Positions 1 through 10,700 of a stretch of DNA of 64,000 bases are shown piece after piece. The DNA is from Auanema rhodensis (taxonomy: Eukaryota > Animalia > Nematoda). A model generated the notes under the pieces. The model had not been told where the DNA came from. It made no database searches and saw nothing but the letters and a program-made list of their open reading frames with translations. The stretch spans positions 19,964,001 through 20,028,000 of the forward strand of contig OZ059897.1 in assembly GCA_964057225.1 (NCBI GenBank), written 5' to 3'. Positions within the stretch are counted from its first letter, which is position 1; each line of letters starts with the position of its first letter. The translations under genes and the position numbers were made by a program.

Positions 1-22
1 ACTCAACATTGCTTCCAAAAAC

Positions 23-57
23 ATTTTGACAAAAATTTTTTCGAAAAATTTCAAAAT
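23..57. repeat. Imperfect A/T-rich inverted repeat centred on TTTTTCGAAAAA (recurs in each monomer)
   Basis: 12-bp palindrome at 37-48. ATTTTGA (23-29) pairs with TCAAAAT (51-57). A further pair AAAAACAT (17-24) / ATGTTTTT (75-82) overlaps it. Confidence 0.8.
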
Positions 58-159
58 AATTTAGCAAAAAGTAGATGTTTTTAGATTCCTTTTTTCAAGG
101 CAAAGACGATGGACAATGTTATTTAACGAAAAAATTAATTCTTCAGGGTGAAAATCGAG

Positions 160-181
160 GATATAAGTGTAAACTTATATC
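160..181. repeat. Perfect 9-bp inverted repeat with 4-nt loop (recurs in each monomer)
   Basis: GATATAAGT-GTAA-ACTTATATC; the loop variant is GTGA. T180A breaks one pair in some later copies. Confidence 0.92.
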
Positions 182-191
182 AGTTGATATC

Positions 192-258
192 TCGGTGCAT
201 TTTTAAGCTAGCGCAAATCTGATAACACAGATCGACGCAGCTTAAAAATCCGCATCGA
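192..258. repeat. Long imperfect hairpin of ~67 nt (recurs in each monomer)
   Basis: TCGGTGC/GCATCGA (one G.T pair); ATTTTTAAGCT (199-209) / AGCTTAAAAAT (239-249), a perfect 11 bp; GCG/CGC; ATCTG/CAGAT; loop ATAACA. Confidence 0.9.
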
Positions 259-332
259 ATGCACTATACTACATGGAAGAACGCTTAATACAAAAATTAG
301 TTATGATCGTTTGAAAAATGATGCATTAGTGT

Positions 333-360
333 ATGTTGAGTTTCCATGTACACTCAACAT
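333..360. repeat. Perfect 9-bp inverted repeat with 10-nt loop (recurs in each monomer)
   Basis: ATGTTGAGT-TTCCATGTAC-ACTCAACAT. Confidence 0.92.
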
Positions 361-1755
361 TGCTTCCAAAAACATTTTGACAAAAATTTTTTCGAAAAAT
401 TTCAAAATAATTTAGCAAAAAGTAGATGTTTTTAGATTCCTTTTTTCAAGGCAAAGACGATGGACAATGTTATTCAACGAAAAAATTAATTCTTCAGGGT
501 GAAAATCGAGGATATAAGTGTAAACTTATATCAGTTGATATCTCGGTGCATTTTTAAGCTAGCGCAAATCTGATAACACAGATCGACGCAGCTTAAAAAT
601 CCGCATCGAATGCACTATACTACATGGAAGAACGCTTAATACAAAAATTAGTTATGATCGTTTGAAAAATGATGCATTAGTGTATGTTGAGTTTCCATGT
701 ACACTCAACATTGCTTCCAAAAACATTTTGACAAAAATTTTTTCGAAAAATTTCAAAATAATTTAGCAAAAAATAGATGTTTTTAGATTCCTTTTTTCAA
801 GGCAAAGACGATGGACAATGTTATTCAACGAAAAAATTAATTCTTCAGGGTGAAAATCGAGGATATAAGTGTAAACTTATATCAGTTGATATCTCGGTGC
901 ATTTTTAAGCTAGCGCAAATCTGATAACACAGATCGACGCAGCTTAAAAATCCGCATCGAATGCACTATACTACATTGGGAAACGCTTAATACAAAAATT
1001 AGTTATGATCGTTTGAAAAATGATGCATTAGTGTATGTTGAGTTTCCATGTACACTCAACATTGCTTCCAAAAACATTTTGACAAAAATTTTTTCGAAAA
1101 ATTTCAAAATAATTTAGCAAAAAGTAGATGTTTTTAGATTCCTTTTTTCAAGGCAAAGACGATGGACAATGTTATTCAACGAAAAAATTAATTCTTCAGG
1201 GTGAAAATCGAGGATATAAGTGTGAACTTATATCAGTTGATATCTCGGTACATTTTTAAGCTAGCGCAAATCTGATAACACAGATCGACGCAGCTTAAAA
1301 ATCCGCATCGAATGCACTATACTACATGGAAGAACGCTTAATACAAAAATTAGTTATGATCGTTTGAAAAATGATGCATTAGTGTATGTTGAGTTTCCAT
1401 GTACACTCAACATTGCTTCCAAAAACATTTTGACAAAAATTTTTTCGAAAAATTTCAAAATAATTTAGCAAAAAGTAGATGTTTTTAGATTCCTTTTTTC
1501 AAGGCAAAGACGATGGACAATGTTATTCAACGAAAAAATTAATTCTTCAGGGTGAAAATCGAGGATATAAGTGTAAACTTATATCAGTTGATATCTCGGT
1601 GCATTTTTAAGCTAGCGCAAATCTGATAACACAGATCGTCGCAGCTTAAAAATCCGCATCGAATGCACTATACTACATTGGGAAACGCTTAATACAAAAA
1701 TTAGTTATGATCGTTTGAAAAATGATGCATTAGTGTATGTTGAGTTTCCATGTAC

Positions 1756-4700
1756 ACTCAACATTGCTTCCAAAAACATTTTGACAAAAATTTTTTCGAA
1801 AAATTTCAAAATAATTTAGCAAAAAGTAGATGTTTTTAGATTCCTTTTTTCAAGGCAAAGACGATGGACAATGTTATTTAACGAAAAAATTAATTCTTCA
1901 GGGTGAAAATCGAGGATATAAGTGTAAACTTATATCAGTTGATATCTCGGTGCATTTTTAAGCTAGCGCAAATCTGATAACACAGATCGACGCAGCTTAA
2001 AAATCCGCATCGAATGCACTGTACTACATGGAAGAACGCTTAATACAAAAATTAGTTATGATCGTTTGAAAAATGATGCATTAGTGTATGTTGAGTTTCC
2101 ATGTACACTCAACATTGCTTCCAAAAACATTTTGAGAAAAATTTTTTCGAAAAATTTCAAAATAATTTAGCAAAAAGTAGATGTTTTTAGATTCCTTTTT
2201 TCAAGGCAAAGACGATGGACAATGTTATTCAACGAAAAAATTAATTCTTCAGGGTGAAAATCGAGGATATAAGTGTGAACTTATATCAGTTGATATCTCG
2301 GTACATTTTTAAGCTAGCGCAAATCTGATAACACAGATCGACGCAGCTTAAAAATCCGCATCGAATGCACTATACTACATGGAAGAACGCTTAATACAAA
2401 AATTAGTTATGATCGTTTGAAAAATGATGCATTAGTGTATGTTGAGTTTCCATGTACACTCAACATTGCTTCCAAAAACATTTTGACAAAAATTTTTTCG
2501 AAAAATTTCAAAATAATTTAGCAAAAAGTAGATGTTTTTAGATTCCTTTTTTCAAGGCAAAGACGATGGACAATGTTATTCAACGAAAAAATTAATTCTT
2601 CAGGGTGAAAATCGAGGATATAAGTGTAAACTTATATCAGTTGATATCTCGGTGCATTTTTAAGCTAGCGCAAATCTGATAACACAGATCGACGCAGCTT
2701 AAAAATCCGCATCGAATGCACTATACTACATGGAAGAACGCTTAATACAAAAATTAGTTATGATCGTTTGAAAAATGATGCATTAGTGTATGTTGAGTTT
2801 CCATGTACACTCAACATTGCTTCCAAAAACATTTTGACAAAAATTTTTTCGAAAAATTTCAAAATAATTTAGCAAAAAGTAGATGTTTTTAGATTCCTTT
2901 TTTCAAGGCAAAGACGATGGACAATGTTATTTAACGAAAAAATTAATTCTTCAGGGTGAAAATCGAGGATATAAGTGTAAACTTATATCAGTTGATATCT
3001 CGGTGCATTTTTAAGCTAGCGCAAATCTGATAACACAGATCGACGCAGCTTAAAAATCCGCATCGAATGCACTGTACTACATGGAAGAACGCTTAATACA
3101 AAAATTAGTTATGATCGTTTGAAAAATGATGCATTAGTGTATGTTGAGTTTCCATGTACACTCAACATTGCTTCCAAAAACATTTTGAGAAAAATTTTTT
3201 CGAAAAATTTCAAAATAATTTAGCAAAAAGTAGATGTTTTTAGATTCCTTTTTTCAAGGCAAAGACGATGGACAATGTTATTCAACGAAAAAATTAATTC
3301 TTCAGGGTGAAAATCGAGGATATAAGTGTGAACTTATATCAGTTGATATCTCGGTACATTTTTAAGCTAGCGCAAATCTGATAACACAGATCGACGCAGC
3401 TTAAAAATCCGCATCGAATGCACTATACTACATGGAAGAACGCTTAATACAAAAATTAGTTATGATCGTTTGAAAAATGATGCATTAGTGTATGTTGAGT
3501 TTCCATGTACACTCAACATTGCTTCCAAAAACATTTTGACAAAAATTTTTTCGAAAAATTTCAAAATAATTTAGCAAAAAGTAGATGTTTTTAGATTCCT
3601 TTTTTCAAGGCAAAGACGATGGACAATGTTATTTAACGAAAAAATTAATTCTTCAGGGTGAAAATCGAGGATATAAGTGTAAACTTATATCAGTTGATAT
3701 CTCGGTGCATTTTTAAGCTAGCGCAAATCTGATAACACAGATCGACGCAGCTTAAAAATCCGCATCGAATGCACTGTACTACATGGAAGAACGCTTAATA
3801 CAAAAATTAGTTATGATCGTTTGAAAAATGATGCATTAGTGTATGTTGAGTTTCCATGTACACTCAACATTGCTTCCAAAAACATTTTGACAAAAATTTT
3901 TTCGAAAAATTTCAAAATAATTTAGCAAAAAGTAGATGTTTTTAGATTCCTTTTTTCAAGGCAAAGACGATGGACAATGTTATTCAACGAAAAAATTAAT
4001 TCTTCAGGGTGAAAATCGAGGATATAAGTGTAAACTTATATCAGTTGATATCTCGGTGCATTTTTAAGCTAGCGCAAATCTGATAACACAGATCGACGCA
4101 GCTTAAAAATCCGCATCGAATGCACTATACTACATGGAAGAACGCTTAATACAAAAATTAGTTATGATCGTTTGAAAAATGATGCATTAGTGTATGTTGA
4201 GTTTCCATGTACACTCAACATTGCTTCCAAAAACATTTTGACAAAAATTTTTTCGAAAAATTTCAAAATAATTTAGCAAAAAGTAGATGTTTTTAGATTC
4301 CTTTTTTCAAGGCAAAGACGATGGACAATGTTATTTAACGAAAAAATTAATTCTTCAGGGTGAAAATCGAGGATATAAGTGTAAACTTATATCAGTTGAT
4401 ATCTCGGTGCATTTTTAAGCTAGCGCAAATCTGATAACACAGATCGACGCAGCTTAAAAATCCGCATCGAATGCACTATACTACATGGAAGAACGCTTAA
4501 TACAAAAATTAGTTATGATCGTTTGAAAAATGATGCATTAGTGTATGTTGAGTTTCCATGTACACTCAACATTGCTTCCAAAAACATTTTGACAAAAATT
4601 TTTTCGAAAAATTTCAAAATAATTTAGCAAAAAGTAGATGTTTTTAGATTCCTTTTTTCAAGGCAAAGACGATGGACAATGTTATTTAACGAAAAAATTA

Positions 4701-7700
4701 ATTCTTCAGGGTGAAAATCGAGGATATAAGTGTAAACTTATATCAGTTGATATCTCGGTGCATTTTTAAGCTAGCGCAAATCTGATAACACAGATCGACG
4801 CAGCTTAAAAATCCGCATCGAATGCACTGTACTACATGGAAGAACGCTTAATACAAAAATTAGTTATGATCGTTTGAAAAATGATGCATTAGTGTATGTT
4901 GAGTTTCCATGTACACTCAACATTGCTTCCAAAAACATTTTGAGAAAAATTTTTTCGAAAAATTTCAAAATAATTTAGCAAAAAGTAGATGTTTTTAGAT
5001 TCCTTTTTTCAAGGCAAAGACGATGGACAATGTTATTCAACGAAAAAATTAATTCTTCAGGGTGAAAATCGAGGATATAAGTGTGAACTTATATCAGTTG
5101 ATATCTCGGTACATTTTTAAGCTAGCGCAAATCTGATAACACAGATCGACGCAGCTTAAAAATCCGCATCGAATGCACTATACTACATTGAGAAACGCTT
5201 AATACAAAAATTAGTTATGATCGTTTGAAAAATGATGCATTAGTGTATGTTGAGTTTCCATGTACACTCAACATTGCTTCCAAAAACATTTTGACAAAAA
5301 TTTTTTCGAAAAATTTCAAAATAATTTAGCAAAAAGTAGATGTTTTTAGATTTCTTTTTTCAAGGCAAAGACGATGGACAATGTTATTCAACGAAAAAAT
5401 TAATTCTTCAGGGTGAAAATCGAGGATATAAGTGTAAACTTATATCAGTTGATATCTCGGTGCATTTTTAAGCTAGCGCAAATCTGATAACACAGATCGA
5501 CGCAGCTTAAAAATCCGCATCGAATGCACTATACTACATGGAAGAACGCTTAATACAAAAATTAGTTATGATCGTTTGAAAAATGATGCATTAGTGTATG
5601 TTGAGTTTCCATGTACACTCAACATTGCTTCCAAAAACATTTTGACAAAAATTTTTTCGAAAAATTTCAAAATAATTTAGCAAAAAGTAGATGTTTTTAG
5701 ATTCCTTTTTTCAAGGCAAAGACGATGGACAATGTTATTTAACGAAAAAATTAATTCTTCAGGGTGAAAATCGAGGATATAAGTGTAAACTTATATCAGT
5801 TGATATCTCGGTGCATTTTTAAGCTAGCGCAAATCTGATAACACAGATCGACGCAGCTTAAAAATCCGCATCGAATGCACTATACTACATGGAAGAACGC
5901 TTAATACAAAAATTAGTTATGATCGTTTGAAAAATGATGCATTAGTGTATGTTGAGTTTCCATGTACACTCAACATTGCTTCCAAAAACATTTTGACAAA
6001 AATTTTTTCGAAAAATTTCAAAATAATTTAGCAAAAAGTAGATGTTTTTAGATTCCTTTTTTCAAGGCAAAGACGATGGACAATGTTATTCAACGAAAAA
6101 ATTAATTCTTCAGGGTGAAAATCGAGGATATAAGTGTAAACTTATATCAGTTGATATCTCGGTGCATTTTTAAGCTAGCGCAAATCTGATAACACAGATC
6201 GACGCAGCTTAAAAATCCGCATCGAATGCACTATACTACATGGAAGAACGCTTAATACAAAAATTAGTTATGATCGTTTGAAAAATGATGCATTAGTGTA
6301 TGTTGAGTTTCCATGTACACTCAACATTGCTTCCAAAAACATTTTGACAAAAATTTTTTCGAAAAATTTCAAAATAATTTAGCAAAAAGTAGATGTTTTT
6401 AGATTCCTTTTTTCAAGGCAAAGACGATGGACAATGTTATTTAACGAAAAAATTAATTCTTCAGGGTGAAAATCGAGGATATAAGTGTAAACTTATATCA
6501 GTTGATATCTCGGTGCATTTTTAAGCTAGCGCAAATCTGATAACACAGATCGACGCAGCTTAAAAATCCGCATCGAATGCACTATACTACATTGAGAAAC
6601 GCTCAATACAAAAATTAGTTATGATCGTTTGAAAAATGATGCATTAGTGTATGTTGAGTTTCCATGTACACTCAACATTGCTTCCAAAAACATTTTGACA
6701 AAAATTTTTTCGAAAAATTTCAAAATAATTTAGCAAAAAGTAGATGTTTTTAGATTCCTTTTTTCAAGGCAAAGACGATGGACAATGTTATTCAACGAAA
6801 AAATTAATTCTTCAGGGTGAAAATCGAGGATATAAGTGTAAACTTATATCAGTTGATATCTCGGTGCATTTTTAAGCTAGCGCAAATCTGATAACACAGA
6901 TCGACGCAGCTTAAAAATCCGCATCGAATGCACTATACTACATGGAAGAACGCTTAATACAAAAATTAGTTATGATCGTTTGAAAAATGATGCATTAGTG
7001 TATGTTGAGTTTCCATGTACACTCAACATTGCTTCCAAAAACATTTTGACAAAAATTTTTTCGAAAAATTTCAAAATAATTTAGCAAAAAGTAGATGTTT
7101 TTAGATTCCTTTTTTCAAGGCAAAGACGATGGACAATGTTATTTAACGAAAAAATTAATTCTTCAGGGTGAAAATCGAGGATATAAGTGTAAACTTATAT
7201 CAGTTGATATCTCGGTGCATTTTTAAGCTAGCGCAAATCTGATAACACAGATCGACGCAGCTTAAAAATCCGCATCGAATGCACTATACTACATGGAAGA
7301 ACGCTTAATACAAAAATTAGTTATGATCGTTTGAAAAATGATGCATTAGTGTATGTTGAGTTTCCATGTACACTCAACATTGCTTCCAAAAACATTTTGA
7401 CAAAAATTTTTTCGAAAAATTTCAAAATAATTTAGCAAAAAGTAGATGTTTTTAGATTCCTTTTTTCAAGGCAAAGACGATGGACAATGTTATTTAACGA
7501 AAAAATTAATTCTTCAGGGTGAAAATCGAGGATATAAGTGTAAACTTATATCAGTTGATATCTCGGTGCATTTTTAAGCTAGCGCAAATCTGATAACACA
7601 GATCGACGCAGCTTAAAAATCCGCATCGAATGCACTGTACTACATGGAAGAACGCTTAATACAAAAATTAGTTATGATCGTTTGAAAAATGATGCATTAG

Positions 7701-10700
7701 TGTATGTTGAGTTTCCATGTACACTCAACATTGCTTCCAAAAACATTTTGAGAAAAATTTTTTCGAAAAATTTCAAAATAATTTAGCAAAAAGTAGATGT
7801 TTTTAGATTCCTTTTTTCAAGGCAAAGACGATGGACAATGTTATTCAACGAAAAAATTAATTCTTCAGGGTGAAAATCGAGGATATAAGTGTGAACTTAT
7901 ATCAGTTGATATCTCGGTACATTTTTAAGCTAGCGCAAATCTGATAACACAGATCGACGCAGCTTAAAAATCCGCATCGAATGCACTATACTACATGGAA
8001 GAACGCTTAATACAAAAATTAGTTATGATCGTTTGAAAAATGATGCATTAGTGTATGTTGAGTTTCCATGTACACTCAACATTGCTTCCAAAAACATTTT
8101 GACAAAAATTTTTTCGAAAAATTTCAAAATAATTTAGCAAAAAGTAGATGTTTTTAGATTCCTTTTTTCAAGGCAAAGACGATGGACAATGTTATTCAAC
8201 GAAAAAATTAATTCTTCAGGGTGAAAATCGAGGATATAAGTGTAAACTTATATCAGTTGATATCTCGGTGCATTTTTAAGCTAGCGCAAATCTGATAACA
8301 CAGATCGACGCAGCTTAAAAATCCGCATCGAATGCACTATACTACATGGAAGAACGCTTAATACAAAAATTAGTTATGATCGTTTGAAAAATGATGCATT
8401 AGTGTATGTTGAGTTTCCATGTACACTCAACATTGCTTCCAAAAACATTTTGACAAAAATTTTTTCGAAAAATTTCAAAATAATTTAGCAAAAAGTAGAT
8501 GTTTTTAGATTCCTTTTTTCAAGGCAAAGACGATGGACAATGTTATTTAACGAAAAAATTAATTCTTCAGGGTGAAAATCGAGGATATAAGTGTAAACTT
8601 ATATCAGTTGATATCTCGGTGCATTTTTAAGCTAGCGCAAATCTGATAACACAGATCGACGCAGCTTAAAAATCCGCATCGAATGCACTGTACTACATGG
8701 AAGAACGCTTAATACAAAAATTAGTTATGATCGTTTGAAAAATGATGCATTAGTGTATGTTGAGTTTCCATGTACACTCAACATTGCTTCCAAAAACATT
8801 TTGAGAAAAATTTTTTCGAAAAATTTCAAAATAATTTAGCAAAAAGTAGATGTTTTTAGATTCCTTTTTTCAAGGCAAAGACGATGGACAATGTTATTCA
8901 ACGAAAAAATTAATTCTTCAGGGTGAAAATCGAGGATATAAGTGTGAACTTATATCAGTTGATATCTCGGTACATTTTTAAGCTAGCGCAAATCTGATAA
9001 CACAGATCGACGCAGCTTAAAAATCCGCATCGAATGCACTATACTACATGGAAGAACGCTTAATACAAAAATTAGTTATGATCGTTTGAAAAATGATGCA
9101 TTAGTGTATGTTGAGTTTCCATGTACACTCAACATTGCTTCCAAAAACATTTTGACAAAAATTTTTTCGAAAAATTTCAAAATAATTTAGCAAAAAGTAG
9201 ATGTTTTTAGATTCCTTTTTTCAAGGCAAAGACGATGGACAATGTTATTTAACGAAAAAATTAATTCTTCAGGGTGAAAATCGAGGATATAAGTGTAAAC
9301 TTATATCAGTTGATATCTCGGTGCATTTTTAAGCTAGCGCAAATCTGATAACACAGATCGACGCAGCTTAAAAATCCGCATCGAATGCACTGTACTACAT
9401 GGAAGAACGCTTAATACAAAAATTAGTTATGATCGTTTGAAAAATGATGCATTAGTGTATGTTGAGTTTCCATGTACACTCAACATTGCTTCCAAAAACA
9501 TTTTGACAAAAATTTTTTCGAAAAATTTCAAAATAATTTAGCAAAAAGTAGATGTTTTTAGATTCCTTTTTTCAAGGCAAAGACGATGGACAATGTTATT
9601 CAACGAAAAAATTAATTCTTCAGGGTGAAAATCGAGGATATAAGTGTAAACTTATATCAGTTGATATCTCGGTGCATTTTTAAGCTAGCGCAAATCTGAT
9701 AACACAGATCGACGCAGCTTAAAAATCCGCATCGAATGCACTATACTACATGGAAGAACGCTTAATACAAAAATTAGTTATGATCGTTTGAAAAATGATG
9801 CATTAGTGTATGTTGAGTTTCCATGTACACTCAACATTGCTTCCAAAAACATTTTGACAAAAATTTTTTCGAAAAATTTCAAAATAATTTAGCAAAAAGT
9901 AGATGTTTTTAGATTCCTTTTTTCAAGGCAAAGACGATGGACAATGTTATTTAACGAAAAAATTAATTCTTCAGGGTGAAAATCGAGGATATAAGTGTAA
10001 ACTTATATCAGTTGATATCTCGGTGCATTTTTAAGCTAGCGCAAATCTGATAACACAGATCGACGCAGCTTAAAAATCCGCATCGAATGCACTATACTAC
10101 ATGGAAGAACGCTTAATACAAAAATTAGTTATGATCGTTTGAAAAATGATGCATTAGTGTATGTTGAGTTTCCATGTACACTCAACATTGCTTCCAAAAA
10201 CATTTTGACAAAAATTTTTTCGAAAAATTTCAAAATAATTTAGCAAAAAGTAGATGTTTTTAGATTCCTTTTTTCAAGGCAAAGACGATGGACAATGTTA
10301 TTTAACGAAAAAATTAATTCTTCAGGGTGAAAATCGAGGATATAAGTGTAAACTTATATCAGTTGATATCTCGGTGCATTTTTAAGCTAGCGCAAATCTG
10401 ATAACACAGATCGACGCAGCTTAAAAATCCGCATCGAATGCACTGTACTACATGGAAGAACGCTTAATACAAAAATTAGTTATGATCGTTTGAAAAATGA
10501 TGCATTAGTGTATGTTGAGTTTCCATGTACACTCAACATTGCTTCCAAAAACATTTTGAGAAAAATTTTTTCGAAAAATTTCAAAATAATTTAGCAAAAA
10601 GTAGATGTTTTTAGATTCCTTTTTTCAAGGCAAAGACGATGGACAATGTTATTCAACGAAAAAATTAATTCTTCAGGGTGAAAATCGAGGATATAAGTGT

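Larger units (their letters stand above)
1..351 (+). repeat. Representative 351-bp monomer (arbitrary phase)
   Basis: The unit ends ...TTTCCATGTAC at 351 and restarts ACTCAACAT at 352. Hand count: 109 G+C and 12 CpG. Confidence 0.98.

Noticed and set aside
39-55. CENP-B box-like motif (TTCGnnnnA)
   Set aside because: Only the 5' half matches; the required CGGG is absent.
160-258. Rho-independent terminators or bacterial promoters
   Set aside because: The hairpins lack a GC-rich stem followed by a U-tract, there are no genes, and the context looks like eukaryotic satellite.
1-351. Tandem 5S rRNA, tRNA, snRNA or spliced-leader gene array
   Set aside because: I recognise no 5S, tRNA cloverleaf, Pol III A/B box or snRNA sequence on either strand. 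An Rfam/Infernal scan would be the decisive test.
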